In this document: positions 36,886 to 51,484 of the stretch, piece after piece | Numbering within the stretch: position 1 is the first letter of the stretch | Layout: each line of letters begins with the position of its first letter | NCBI RefSeq assembly: GCF_006345805.1 | Contig: NC_043005.1 | Span: 11,532,001-11,596,000, forward strand | Reading direction: 5' to 3' | Source of the DNA: Octopus sinensis | Taxonomy: Eukaryota | Length of the DNA: 64,000 nucleotides | Notes under the pieces: model-generated | What the model was told of the DNA's origin: nothing | The model's input: the letters and a program-made list of their open reading frames with translations, nothing else | Database searches by the model: none | Made by a program: the position numbers and the translations under genes

Positions 36886-37471
36886 ATATTTTTGTATTTT
36901 TAATATTTTGGCTGTTGACGATAAAATTCCTAAATTCATGTTCCATATTTCCAGACCTTCCTAGTCATATTTTCAAGAACTGAATATGCATGACAGCTGA
37001 GTACCCCGAGGGGTAAAATGATATACGCAAAAGTGAATTACAACAAATACATCATAAAGTTCACTCAATGAAAATTTGAAAATTGAGCGACCACACATGA
37101 AACTTAGTGTAAGAATGAAATTAATAAAATCTGTCGAGCATAAGAATATATAATCAAAATCCTTGGGAAACGGAACGCAAAATGTATCATATCATCCATA
37201 TATTTTTACTAATAATATACGACAAAATGCCAAATCCAAAAACCTTATCAATAACATGCAGCAAGCACGAAAACGCAAGAAAAATTGAAAGTTACAATAT
37301 TCAGGACTTCTGTTGTTTCATTGGACGTACTAGTACCACTTTCTCTTGTTGGTTAATCATGCATTTACGACAAGCAGCCGTTGCAAATCTTTCTACCTCA
37401 AATCACAAATAAAGTTATATAGAAAAGAAAAGGTTTAATACATACACACTCTGTAAAATGCATCAGAAAAA

Positions 37472-38043
37472 TATTGGGTTGTCCTGAAAATTCGTGCCGA
37501 TTTATATTAGCATAATTTTCAACTAATTTTAGAACATCGTTGAGTCCATAAAATAGGATTTGACTACACCTCCATTTAGAGCACAGTTTAAGCTATCTTT
37601 TCGTGGAAGAAGGTTTATGTTCCTAAAACCTGTGTTAATTCTGTAACCCTTTAAAATGGGAGATAAGAAAGTTCCTTTTCGGCACTTGATGCTTTGGGAA
37701 CCAGACAATAATTGCTGCAGCTCGGCTGGGATGTGTTACCCCACCCTCCATATTCACCAGATATTGCTCCTTCGGATTTCCATTTATATTCAGGTCTCTG
37801 CAGAATAGTCTTAATGGTAAAAATTTCAATTCCTTGGATGACGTAAAAAGATACTTTGATTAATTCTTTGCCATGAAACCACCTCAATTCTGTGAAGAGG
37901 GTATTTTCAAGTTAAAGGTAAGATGGAGACGCATTGTGTAAGAAAATGTTTCATATTTAGTTGATTAAAAATGTAATGGCAAGTATTTATTGAGCTTTTT
38001 CTTTCCTTTAAAAATCGGCATGAACTTACCGGACAACCCAATA
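37472..38043 (+). mobile_element. Mariner MITE family M2
   Basis: TIRs tattgggttgtcc.gaaa.ttcgtgccgattt / aaatcggcatgaact..ccggacaacccaata; PHPPYSPDIAPSDFHLF remnant. Confidence 0.9.
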
Positions 38044-38202
38044 CAATACACAAAATATTTCAGCAATTTTTTGTAAACAATTCATAATAATCTTTAAGTA
38101 TGTGTGTTTTAAAATCTCGAATGACAAGGAGGGTCCATTCGACTAAAATATGAATAAAAGTGGGCACTAGAAAAAAATGGTTGGGAAACACGGATGTATG
38201 GG

Positions 38203-38359
38203 AACCTCCTCAATTCTAGGAAGAGGGTATTTTCAAGTTAAAGGACGCATTGTGCAACAAAATGGTTCATATTTGGTTGATTAAAAATGTAATGACAAGT
38301 ATTTATTAACCTTTTTCTTTCCTTTAAAAATCGGCACGAACTTTCCGGACAACCCAATA
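38203..38359 (+). mobile_element. Extra 3' end of mariner M2
   Basis: Repeats 37878-38043, including the right TIR. Confidence 0.8.
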
Positions 38360-38748
38360 GATTAACCATGAAATGCATACAACACCAAAATGAAGCAGCT
38401 AATAACTGATATATCAAAATATGAATATGCACTTAGCGGGATGAATCCATGAAAGTAAAAAAGTTTAACCACAAATCAATACATGGCTGGTGTCGTATGA
38501 GGCGAACCTTCAAAACCCCAATGACGGGAAAATATACATGAATTCAACTTGTATAAGAGGAAAAACCTGGATGTGAAGTATAATTAAATTTTGAATATGA
38601 CGAAGGTATGGAAACATAGACCATAAATTTAGGAACATTATTGTTATATTTAACTGAAAATCTAAGATAACGCTGAAAATCTGAACTAAAAGACATAAAA
38701 TTTGAACACAATCACGCATTTAATGAAACACGCACACACACTCGCGCG

Positions 38749-38801
<53 letters not shown>

Positions 38802-39274
38802 ACGAACACTTAGTTTTTTTTCCTAATTGTTTTTCCTTCTGAATCATAATCCATAACAATTTTGCTTACCGTCTCTAACCGCGATGGAAATTTAAAAGAG
38901 TTAATAATTTATTGCGTAATGCAATTACTGCACATATGACCGATTTTGACATCTAAATTCTTGCTCCTGCAACTTTGAGTTATTTCCTTTTATCTCTGTT
39001 TTAATTACAGAAATATCGTTCGACGAAGAAACTTCTCAGCTATGTTTGTCTATGCCAAATATCTACGACTGAATCCCGGTCGAGAAGAATAAATACTTAT
39101 CCGTGTCTCGGTTGCAAACCGAATATCAGGTTGGGTTTTATTTCTCTAGTATGTATCCATCATTTCTGAACTTTTTGAAAATAGTCTTTCTCAATTAGTC
39201 TCACTAAACATTGCTGAGGTTTTGCTTACCTCGTCTTGCCGCAAACGAGGGTTCACAATTTAGTAATTTATCAT

Positions 39275-39680
39275 AGGCGCAGGAGTGGCTGTGTGGTAAG
39301 TAGCTTGCTAACCAACCACATGGCTCCGGGTTCAGTCACACTGCGTAGCATCTTGAGCAAGTGTCTTCTACTATAGCCTCGATTCGACCAAATCCTCGTG
39401 AGTGGATTTGGTAGACGGAAACTCAAAGCCTGTAGCATATATGTATATATATATATGTATGTGTGTATGTGTGTGTATGTTTGTGTTTCTGTTTGTCCAC
39501 CTAGCATTGCTTGACAACCGATGCTGGTGTGTTCATGTCCCCGTAACTTAGCGGTTCGGCAAAAGAAACCGATAGAATAAGTACTGGGCTTATAAAGAAT
39601 AAGTCCCGGAGTCGATTTGCTCGACTAAAGGCGGTGCTCCAGCATGGCCGCAGTCAAATGGCTGAAACAAGTAAAAGAGT
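39275..39680 (+). mobile_element. SINE family A with 17-bp TSD
   Basis: aatttagtaatttatca occurs at 39257-39273 and 39687-39703. Confidence 0.9.
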
Positions 39681-39747
39681 GTATATAATTTAGTAATTTA
39701 TCACATGTATACACCGGCGCCAGTGTATACAAACGCACATAACTGCA

Positions 39748-39792
<45 letters not shown>

Positions 39793-39844
39793 CACACACA
39801 CAGACGCACACACAAACACAAACATGACTGAATTAGTCACTCGT

Positions 39845-40130
39845 CACTCTTAGCTCCAATTTCACAGACTTGCCGAATCTTCACTCTACTCTTTCTGCTG
39901 CTACTATAACGGCTTCTGTTCCTTATAGCTAGATAGCTGCTAACATCTCCACCTTAGCCTACCCAATACACACATTCCTTCTACTTTCGTCACACATTCA
40001 GTGAAGTTCCCTGTAGAGCAGTGCTAGCCATATTGCGTTGAATTTACTTCTCAGAACATCAAACATCTGGAATTCCCTTCTAGATCACGTTCTTCTTACA
40101 GGCGTTTGACTTTCAGTTATTCAAGGTTTT
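39845..40130 (+). pseudogene. Decayed CR1/Jockey-type LINE ORF2 C-terminus
   Basis: Remnants SLYSFCCYYNGFCS and LRTSNIWNSL..FK. A similar remnant lies at about 48340-48650. Confidence 0.45.
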
Positions 40131-40992
40131 TCGAAGTTCATAGACTCAGTTAATGACCCTTAACTAAAAAATTTAAAAACTATACGAGCATACAACCTGC
40201 AATAATAGAAGGAAGTTATTCGCCATTACTAGATGACGTTGAACTATGGATGAAATTTCAGTTAATGAAATTACCACCAGGACTAAAGTACATCTTTTGG
40301 TGATATGGCCTGCTTATAAGTCTTCTGTTTTATAAAGCTGCTGCTTGACTTTCTTGTCCCCCGTGACTAAATTTGAAGCTACTTCACAAAACTATGCTAA
40401 CCAGCAGATGTCACTGTAAACAGTATTTCTGCACTGTCACCACACATATTAGGCCTACTTTTCCACATGCCGTCAAGCATACACAGTCTATGTAAACCCT
40501 TCTCCATATAAAGCAAACACTTTTTATACATGTATAAGGAGAACATGTGCGATACAATTCAGCCATTAAAGCCCCCCCCCCCCAATTTTTTTTAAATTAC
40601 CTCCCAGAAGAGCTTCTAGGCGTCACCTTCACAGGATTTGCTTCTTAGCTCACCCCTAGCTTTACTAAACTCTTTAACCTTTCACCATGTAACCTTCACG
40701 GGTGGCTGTTTCAAGCAATGCGAACCTGTATACCTTCCATCCAATAGGGAATATGTAAATTTATCAATATCCCCCAGTCAGTACAAACGTCAGCCAGGCT
40801 CAGTGATCCAACATGTCTGCCACGACATACTTTTAGATTTTTCCATAACTTCTAACAGAATAAACCAAACCACAGCTGAAAGACATTATCGTTAAAAAGG
40901 GAGTATTGTTACAATACACTCTGACAATGAACTTGACAATAAAAAAAGAAAACTGCTTATACCACACACAGCTGCACATATGCTCGAGTTAT

Positions 40993-41031
<39 letters not shown>

Positions 41032-41110
41032 GTCTGTCTGTCTGTCTGTCTGTTTCTCTATCTATCTATCTATCTATCTATCTAACTATCTATCTATCTA
41101 ACCATCTATA

Positions 41111-41176
<66 letters not shown>

Positions 41177-41223
41177 ACCATCTATCGATCCATCTATCTT
41201 TCTATCTTCCTATGTATGTATGA

Positions 41224-41265
<42 letters not shown>

Positions 41266-41644
41266 AATATATATATATATATATATATCTGTCTGTCTGT
41301 CTGTCTGTCTATCTCTCTCTCTCAATCTGCTTGTCTGTCTGTCTGTTGCCTGTCTGTCATTCAGTCAGTCTATCTGTTGTCTGTCTATGTACCTGTATAC
41401 AATTTTATATATTTATTTAACAGGGAGAGAAAGAGAGGGGTGAGAGACAATACAAAGGTGTTTAATGATATATTAAGCATTATACAAGATAAATTATTGA
41501 AATTATACCAATCGCTTGGTTGAAAATACCGAATGAGAAGGGGAGATAATTTTCACCTTTCTTAGCCATTCTGAATTATTTCTCTTGTCTGATTTCGTTT
41601 CTATATATATATGTATATTATAATTGTTAAATTTTAATTTATAT

Positions 41645-41805
41645 AAATTATCTTATGTATTGTCTTAAGTCTTTCTTTGTTTGATTTGCAAAATAGTGGT
41701 TTTGTCTCTAATTTAATATAATATAATATTTTACTATAAAATTGGATTCAATCCTAAATCTGATTTTTCCCTGTAAATTTGGATTTATTCCCTAATATTT
41801 ATTAT
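41645..41805 (-). mobile_element. Second copy of the terminus of the 219-1150 cassette
   Basis: Reverse complement of 219-345; abuts (TA)n. Confidence 0.75.
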
Positions 41806-41841
<36 letters not shown>

Positions 41842-42299
41842 GACCTGTGTGTGTGTGTGTATGTGTGTGTGTGTGTGCGTGCGTGTGTACGTGTATATAT
41901 TTTTTCTGTGTACACACGTGCGTACACACCTACACATATATGTACACAGGTATATATAGAGTGAGTGAGGGAACTGTAAAAATATGTCCCACCCTTATAT
42001 TAGAGCCCTTGTTAAATTTAGACTTAGAGTAAACAAGTCTAGTTGAAAGTTTTCCTGAGCTCCCAGGAGTATAACAACATACATAATATTGACTTTCAGG
42101 CTATAGACATGGGAATACAAAACATATGAATGTAAGGAATTCAAAACATACTCATAACATAACACATACTTGTTTAGTTTTCGTAGGCTGGTGATGGGGC
42201 CTTTTACTGGTCCATAAGAGTGTTAGAAATAACAGCCAGATTGCAGTCAAATCTCTCTCATTAAACTAGAACATGTTGGATAATATAGTCTTAGGTATT

Positions 42300-42914
42300 A
42301 GGCGACGAGCTGGCAGAAACATTAGCACGCCGGGCGAAATGCGTAGCGGTATTTCGCCTGCCGTTACGTTCTGAGTTCAAATTCCGCCGAGCTCAACTTT
42401 GCCTTTCATCTTTTCGGGGTCAATAAATTAAGTACCAGTTATGCACTGGGGTCGATGTAATCGACTTAATCCCTTTGTCTGTCCTTCTTTGTCCCCTCTA
42501 TGTTTAGCCCCTTGTGGGTAATAAAGAAATAGGTATTTCGCCTGCCGTTACGTTCTGAGTTCAAATTCCACCGTGGTCGACTTTGCCTTTCATCCTTTCG
42601 GGGTCGATAAATTAAGTACCAGTTGTGCACTGGGGTCGATGTAATCGACTTAATCACTTCGTTCGTCCTTGTTTATCCCCTCTATGTTTAGACCCTTGTG
42701 GGCAATAAAGAAATAAGAAATGTTAGCATGCCGGGAAAAATGCTTCGCTGCGCTTCGTCTGTCTTTACGTTCTGAGTTCAAATTCTGCCGGGGTAGACTT
42801 TACATTTTATCCTTTCGGGGTCGATAAATTAAGTACCTGTTGCGTAGTGGGTTCAATCTAATAGGCTGGCCCCTCACCCAAAATTTCGAGCGTTGTGCCT
42901 AGAGTAGAAAAGAA
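42300..42914 (+). mobile_element. Trimeric SINE family C array
   Basis: Three cores (gttctgagttcaaattc...ttcatcctttcggggtcgataaattaagtacc). Flanking aatatagtc at 42282 and 42913 is a probable TSD. Confidence 0.85.
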
Positions 42915-43105
42915 TATAGTCCTTGATATAATGTTCGTGAATAAGATGATAATTTTGTGTCTCAGGATGTCTTTGTTTATAGATCTGTTGATTAGAAGTT
43001 CAGATAGGATTGAATCGCACCACGATTTACCCTAATAATAAATTTAGGATGATGCATGTGATTTTGGAGATAATGATGACGCCGACGAGTACAATGACAA
43101 TGACA

Positions 43106-43295
43106 GTGGAGGTGCAGTGGCCCAGTGGTTAGGGCAGCGGACTCGCGGTCGTAAGAACGCGGTTTCGATTCCCACACCGGGCATTGTGAGCGTTTATTGA
43201 GCAAAAACACCTCAGCTCCACGAGGCTCCGGCGATGGGTGGTGGTGAACCCCGCTGTACTCTTTCACCACAACTTCTTCTCTCACTCTTTCTTCC
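43106..43295 (+). mobile_element. SINE family B, 5' half
   Basis: Same tRNA-like head as the other family B copies. Confidence 0.85.
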
Positions 43296-44320
43296 TAATT
43301 CTGCCACAAAGCAGAGGAACCATGGTGTAATACACTATGGTGAGGTAAACTTTCAGACCCTAGTCTAGATTGCGAATCCTCTGTTAAAAGCCACCGTTTA
43401 CGGAATGAGGATAACAACGTAGCTTTCGCGCCCGTGCAGCCGCCAGTTTATCGCGTGTGGTGGGTGTATCTTCAAGTTGCCGCATGCATTCTTGCTAGCT
43501 TAGAGTAGGCTCGAATTAGAGATTATTCTTTGTGGCTCATGGCGTGAGTCCTGATTGGAAGAAGAAGAAGAATAAGAAGAAGAAGAAGAGATGAAGAAGA
43601 AGAAGGAGGAGGAGGAGAAGAAGAAGAAGAAGACGACGACAACGACAATGACGAGTACGATAATGATGGTAGTGATACTGATGATGACGATGGTGACGAT
43701 ATTTATGGCGATGACGACGACGAGGTACGATGACAATTAGAGTGCTGACCATGATGGCGGCGACAATGATAACGAAAATGATAACAGATATTGATATTCT
43801 CTAAGTTATCGCAAGTGGTAATTGGGAACGGCATACAGGCTCTACTACTACTACTACGACTAAAGATATACCTTATATATTCTTGCATATAATGCATTTC
43901 AGTTATGATTTTAAATCTTATGAATGAATGTTGTAGAACAGAAATCCCAAGCAGTTACGCTTCTATGAAGTTCTATAATTCCATTGAAATGTTATATACG
44001 TCTCTGTAAATTACCTATTCGGCAAAGATACCGATAGAATAAATATTACGCTTAAAAATATAAATTCTGGGGTCGGTTCATTCGACTAAAGTTGGCAAGG
44101 TTGGTGCCCCAGCATGGCAGCAGTCCAATGACTGAAATCAGTAAAGGATAGACAGAGATTTTATATATATATATATGTAATCATATCAAAGGGAAATGGA
44201 ATTTAATTAAAATTAAAACAGTCAATCAAAATTTACATTTCCAGTGGTCTAACGTACAAAAAAATTAGTCGAGAAGACTATATATTAGTCATACGATATA
44301 GTGTATATTTAAACACATAA

Positions 44321-44502
44321 GGAATCCCACTTATAGGGAATTCAGCACGCTAGAAAGAACAGCTAGGTTCTGTAAACCCCAAAAATAACGGATAAAATTT
44401 GACAGGAATAAATTTGGAAATGAAAGACATTTACCATCTAAAAACATTTACCAACATTTACCATTCTTTCTAGCGTGCTGATTTCCCTATAAGTGGGATT
44501 CC
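44321..44502. repeat. 39-bp inverted repeat within a TA-flanked cassette
   Basis: ggaatcccacttatagggaattcagcacgctagaaagaa (44321-44359) versus 44464-44502. Confidence 0.8.
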
Positions 44503-44833
44503 ATATTTATATATATATATACGCACGCACACACACACACTTAGACACACACTCACACACACACACACAGGGAAAAACCCGCACACACATTTATAACAGA
44601 AATAATCAAAATCAAAATGACCGTCTCAGTAGCAGTTCATGTTGGAGCCCCACGAGCATACTCTTCGAACAACAGTGTGAAGAGCACACCTAATTAACCA
44701 AAGTATGATGGATTATGCTGCGGTCAATTATTAAAGATGTACACTGTAATTCCAAGGCGTCGAAAATAAACAGGCGTGTCATAAATCCACACAGAGTAAA
44801 TAATAATTTTAATTGAGGAAAAGTGATGCCTAA

Positions 44834-44942
44834 TCAATGTTACGTACGTTTCGGCAAACGAAAGCCATTTATCTCAAATTCTGCACAAATTTATGGAATT
44901 CATTCACTAAAGTTAATATTAGTCCGCTTCATCAGAATTTGA
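44834..44942 (-). ncRNA. Type I hammerhead motif with long loop II and weakened stem I
   Basis: tcaaatt CTGATGA a-gcggac...gtttgc-c GAAAC gtac GTA acattga. Palindromic stem III ACGTACGT. Confidence 0.55.
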
Positions 44943-45026
44943 ACTGCAATCTTCTTATAAATTAAACTCACAATGCGGAATGAATTTTCACCGCTCTACG
45001 AGTGAACATATATTTATATGTTGTGA

Positions 45027-45410
45027 GTGGAGGCGCAATGGCCCAGTGGTTAGGGCAGCGGACTCGCGGTCATAGGATCGCGGTTTCGATTCCCAGACCG
45101 GGCGTTGTGAGTGTTTGTTGAGCGAAAACACCTAAAAGCTCCACGAGGCTCCGGCAGGGGATTGTGGTGATCCCTGCTGTACTCTTTCACCACAACTTTC
45201 TCTCACACTTACTTCCTGTTTCTATTGTACCTGTATTTCAAGGGGCCGGCCTTGTCACTCTCTGTGTCACGCTGAATATCCCCGAGAACTACGTTAAGGG
45301 TGCACGTGTCTGTGGAGTGCTCAGCCACTTACACGTTAATTTCACGAGCAGGCTGTTCCGTTGATTCGGATCAACCGGAACCCTCATCGTCGTAACCGTC
45401 GGAGTGCTTC
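45027..45410 (+). mobile_element. SINE family B with 12-bp TSD
   Basis: tatatgttgtga occurs at 45015-45026 and 45416-45427. Confidence 0.9.
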
Positions 45411-45991
45411 CCCCCTATATGTTGTGATTTCCTTGTATATTTATAAACAATGTAAACAGACGTATATCAATCTATCCTTTCAGTTCTTTAGTATGTCATT
45501 CATCCAAACACGACTTAAAGTAATTAATCGAAATAAAATTATTCCTACGGTTCGAGACATCTACTTCTCAGTGATGGCGTCTTTTTATTAAAGAAATACA
45601 AAGAAATGCCAAACGAAAAAAAATAATGTAGTTAGCGTACCACATCACTTATTTAGTTTTTCATGCGTCTTTGTATTAGTCTGTTAGTCTGAGTGTAATT
45701 GTGTGTGTGTATTTGTGTGTGTGTGTGTGTGTATGTGTGTGTGTGTGTGTGTGTGTATCTGACTATAGGTAGTTTGTAAGCTTCAAGTAGTAAGCAGCTA
45801 GAATTGGGGGATTGCGTTGTTGCTGACTTAGAAATTCCGTGTGACAATGTAATCTTCATTAAAGTAATTTTAGCCTGATGATTAGCTATGTTGAATTGAG
45901 TTCATTGTATAATAATTGCTTCAAGAGCTAGTTCAGAAAAATATGTAGCACACATACCTGTCCCACTCCCCAGTTTATATATATATATATA

Positions 45992-46319
45992 TAGTAGAAG
46001 CTCGCAGTACGAGTGCCACATTGTACGATTAATTTGCTGTACGAGCCGAGGTCGTGCGAACTTTTGTCTTGAGCCCACAAATCATTCCATCTGTAGGGTA
46101 ATTCAGTTAATAAAACAGGTTTACATATTTCTGTTGCATTCTCATTTTATAATCGTCATTTTCTAGTGACTGCACTTTTTCTGTTTCAAAACCCGTAAAA
46201 CATTAGTATTAAGTGGTTTTGGCGGGGCTCAATGGGGAAAGTTGAATTGTAAAACGAGTAAATCGTAAGAATAGCTCGGTCGTGCAACAAATTAAACACG
46301 AACTGCGAGGTATCATGTA
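45992..46319. mobile_element. Tc1/pogo (Tigger-like) MITE in (TA)n
   Basis: Imperfect TIRs tagtagaagctcgcagtacg / cgaactgcgaggtatcatgta. Confidence 0.45.
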
Positions 46320-46322
46320 TGT

Positions 46323-46451
<129 letters not shown>

Positions 46452-46454
46452 ATT

Positions 46455-46554
46455 NNNNNNNNNNNNNNNNNNNNNNNNNNNNNNNNNNNNNNNNNNNNNN
46501 NNNNNNNNNNNNNNNNNNNNNNNNNNNNNNNNNNNNNNNNNNNNNNNNNNNNNN
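46455..46554. other. Assembly gap (100 N)
   Basis: Run of 100 n after a (TA)n tract. Confidence 1.
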
Positions 46555-46657
46555 AAAAATTCTGACAGCTGTATTTCTCCTTGTGTCAATAAACGACTGT
46601 AACATATGTTAGAGCCTAGCTAACAGAATGTCAGACAAATCAGAAATGGAAAAAGAA

Positions 46658-47275
46658 ACACACATACACACACACTCACACACATACACACATACACACA
46701 CACACATACGCACTTACACACACACACACATACACACTCATACACACATGTACACTCACACACACACACATGCACACTCACACACACACACACATACACA
46801 CTCTCTCACACACACACTCACACACACATACACACTACACACACACATACACACTCATACACACATGTACACTCACACACACACTCTCACACACACACAT
46901 ACACACACACACATGCACACTCACACACACACATACACACTCTCTCACACACACACACTCACACACGCATATACACACACTCACACACACATACACACTC
47001 ACACACACATGCACACTCACACACACTCACACACATGCACACTCACACACTCACACACACTCACACACACTTACACACTCACACACACATACACACTCAC
47101 ACACACACACACACACTCACACACACACATACACACTCACACACACATGCACACTCACACACACACATGCACACTCACACACACACATACACACACACAC
47201 ATACACACTCATACACACACTCACACACACACACACTCACACACACACACGCTTACACACATACATATATATATG
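46658..47275. repeat. Complex (CA)n-derived microsatellite
   Basis: CACACTCACA/CATACACA variants. Confidence 0.9.
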
Positions 47276-47825
47276 AGCCGATATAACAATAATAATTTTA
47301 ACAGCACACATATCTACAACACATATAGCAGCAACAACATAACCTCGAAGAGAATTCTGAGTACATTTCGGTACGATTCTAACACTCTGAACACAGTAAT
47401 TATGGTCACATGATCAGATCACATTACTTATCTTCATCTTCATCGTGGCGATGATTATGATTATCATCGTTATTTTCATTAAACAGCTTCTTCATGATTA
47501 TCATTTTTAATATCATTACCATTACTACTACTCCTCCTCCTCCTTGATGTCATAAACATCATCGGCCCCCGTTATTACCCGCCTCCTTCTCGTTATTATC
47601 CTTGTCATCATCATAAGCAACACCCCCCACCGTTACCGCCACCACCACCATCACCACCATTATCATCATCATCATCATCATCATCATCACCATCATCACC
47701 ATCATCATCTTCATCATCATCATCACCATCCTCACCATCATCATCATCATCATCATCACCATCATCATCACATAACCATCATCATCATCATCATCATCAC
47801 CACCATCATCAACATCATCACCATC

Positions 47826-47873
<48 letters not shown>

Positions 47874-48966
47874 TCATCAACATCGTTATTCTCTTCATCA
47901 TCATCCACATTATCATCAAAACATCTTCATGAAAACATCATCATACCATAGTTGATGACGTTCACCTGTCATCATTGTGACCCACCATTTAATCAACATC
48001 TTCATCAGCATCGTTACCTTCTCCATCATTGTTGTAGATTTGTTTTTTTTTTCTTTTTTTCCTCATCGTCACCATCATCGTTGGTTTCGTTAATATTAGG
48101 ATGTTGATACACTGTCTTTTGAAAGATTAGCAAAAAAAAGAAAAAAGAAATTCAATGCTAGCAGTATTGTTGATATTGTCATTTATTTCACCATTAGACA
48201 TGGCTTGATAAAATAGAAACCGATAATGGAACTTGGTTCTTTGTTGAGCTGGTTGATACATTTCGCTTTAATGTACTTCTTGTTCAGAACTTCACTTTTC
48301 TCATTACAGATGACGACAATGGCCACGTATAAAAAGTTTGGCCGTTACAGATCAGCTATGACATCAAATCACTAAAATCTTTCATCAACTGCTCTGCTGT
48401 TTCCTCCAGACACCTATTCTATCACTACGCAGACTGGCTCCCTTCTCTGTTCTAAATACTATCTTATCGTATACAATCTCAACTAAATCCCAGCCTAGAC
48501 TTATGACTCTTCTCTCTTCATCACTCCAAGGCAACTACCACCGAAACTTCATACTAATTGCTTTAATCTCCTTTCCTCAAAAAATTAACTTTCTGGAATT
48601 CTCCACGTATTAACGTTTTTCGTCTGTCTTTCTTACAAGCGACTTTAAAATATATAGAATAATCATACAAAAGCACCGAGAGGCATAAGATATCCACGAG
48701 TATACAGTCTGTACTCTTGATTAGTCTCACCACAAAAAGATCACCTCGATAACAATGTCGAGTAGTTGCGATGATTAGAAATTGTAGAGATCAAAATAAA
48801 AGCATTGTCGTATTTAAATTGTGTATTTAACGTTAAAATATGCAGAAGAGAAGTTCTAAGTTTGGCTTAATGTACGGCAATGGTTCTCAGCCGAGGTCTA
48901 TATGACTCTTGGATGTCTTTATAAGATTTAGTTGTTAAAATTTGTCTTCTACAAATGTCATACTTC

Positions 48967-49531
48967 TATTGGGTCGTCCGGAAAGTTCGTGCCGATTTAT
49001 AGTAGCATACATTTCGACTTATTTTAGAACATGGTTGAGTCCATAAAATAGGGTTTTACAACACCTCCATTTAGAGCACAGTTTAAGCTATCTTTTCATG
49101 GAAGAAGTTTTATGTTCCTATAATCTGTGTTAATTCTGTAACCCTTTAAAATGGGAGATAAGTTCATTTTCGGCACTTGATGCTTTGAGAACCAGACAAA
49201 AATTGCTGCAGCTCAGCTGGGGTGTGTTACCCCACCCTCCATATTCACCAGATATTGCTCCTTCGGATTTCCACTTATTCAGGTCTCTGCAGAATAGTCT
49301 TAATTGTAAAAATTTCAATTCCTTGGATGATGTTAAAAGATATCTTGATGAATTCTTTGCCATGAAACCACCTCAATTCTGGGAAGAGGATATTTTCAAG
49401 TTAAAGGAAAGATGGAGACGTATTGTGCAACTAAATGGTTCATATTTGGTTGATTAAAATGTAATGGCAAGTATTTATTGATCTTTTTCTTTCCTTTAAA
49501 AATCGGCATGAACTTTCCGGACAACCCAATA
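48967..49531 (+). mobile_element. Mariner MITE family M2, second copy
   Basis: Same TIRs. ORF 49185-49457 encodes a transposase C-terminus (WGVLPHPPYSPDIAPSDFHLFRSLQN). Confidence 0.9.
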
Positions 49532-50156
49532 GAATACACAAAATAGTTTAGCAACTTTTTGTAAACGATTCATAATAATATTGATAATAATAATAATACG
49601 TGAGGTTTTAAATCTCGAATGACAAGGAGGGTCCATTCGATTAAAATAGGAATAAAAGTGGGCACTAGTAAAAAGAAAATGTTTGGGAAACACAGATGTA
49701 TGGTAACCATTCCACTTCATCGATTGTGAATATCCATTACATAGAATACGGCTTTAAATTGTTAACAAATCGACCAAGAACCCTTTTTTGACTGCTTCTT
49801 GACCTTCAAGAAACAGTAGGCGAATATCCTTATCATGCTCCCTGGAAAAAGAGAAAATTGCAGAAATAGAACTTTGATTAAAGACCTGTTCGGTGGGGAA
49901 GGGTCTGACATGGAGCTAAGCCACAATAGCTAATGCTTTACGTTATCGAATACGATATTCTCCACTCCGTTCTCCAGCCATTTTGGATTGTCAAAAATCG
50001 TCAGAAACGTTAGAGAAACAAATAGAATATCTTCTAGTATTTAGATTTGTCTCTTTAATTTCGAAGTCTAAATACTGAGACGCTAACATTACTTTTCATC
50101 CTTTCAAGTTCGACAAAATAAGTTAGCAGTCACGTACTTGCATCGATAGAATAGGA

Positions 50157-50575
50157 TACTCTTTACTCTTTTACTCTTTTACTTGTTTCAGTCATTTGAC
50201 TGCGGCCATGATGGAGCACCGCCTTTAGTCGAGCGAATCGACCCCGGGACTTATTCTTTGTAAGCCCAGTACTTATTCTATCGGTCTCTTTTGCCGAACC
50301 GCTAGGTGACGGGGACGTAAACACACCAGCATCGGTTGTCAAGCAATGCTAGGGGGACAAACACAGACACACAGACATATACACATACACACATATATAT
50401 ATACATATATACGACAGGCTTCTTTCAGTTTCCGTCTACCAAATCCACTCACAAGGCATTGGTCGGCCCGGGGCTATAGCAGAAGACACTTGCCCAAGAT
50501 GCCACGCAGTGGGACTGAACCCGGAACCATGTGGTTGGTAAGCAAGCTACTTACCACACAGCCACTCCTGCACCT
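50157..50575 (-). mobile_element. SINE family A
   Basis: Reverse complement of 2837-3248. Confidence 0.9.
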
Positions 50576-51035
50576 GTTGGATGTTACCAACACACAAATG
50601 TTTCTGGTTTTGTGCTTGTGTAGGAAATCATTAGGTTACCGTTTAGGTTTAGTCAATTTCTTAAAAATGATTTTAATAATAATAAAAATTAAATGTGAAT
50701 ATTATTTTTTTCCCCTCTCTTTCCTTACCTAGAGATCACCATTAAAAATCAAACTTGCTTTCCCCTCACGAAGGGTATAACTGCAATTTAATTTCTTTGC
50801 AATGTTATATTAAGAATGATAGCAATAACTTTACTGTTTACCTTCCATGCAGCAGGCGTCTCTGTGTATTCCACTTATCAGTAAGATACAGAAGTGATTG
50901 ATATATCTTCGTATCATACTTATCAGTAAGATACAGAAGATATATCAATCACCATCTTCCTCTGTACATTGTTGCTTTATGACGAGCAAGAGACAAAACA
51001 ACGACGGCAACAACAACAACAACACCAACAACAAA

Positions 51036-51144
<109 letters not shown>

Positions 51145-51439
51145 AATAATGTGATAATGTATTCGTACTTTTGCCGCTGCTCTGTATGCTTCTGTATGTG
51201 AAGTGATGTGCGTGCTTGTGTATTCATGCATGTATGTATTTATGTATGTATGTATGTATGCATGCATGTGTGCGTGTGTGTGTCTGTGTGTGTGGTGTGT
51301 GTGTGTGTGTGTGTGTGTGTGCGTACCTGTATTCCGTGCTAGTCGGTAATCCATTTCAGAATATAAAATATATAGGATAAACTAATTCTACCACCATTGG
51401 ATATATATTTGAACATAGCCACGCGATATACTCGCAACA

Positions 51440-51484
<45 letters not shown>

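Noticed and set aside
49185-49457. Functional transposase or SETMAR-like gene
   Set aside because: Only the C-terminal fragment is present, inside a 565-bp MITE.
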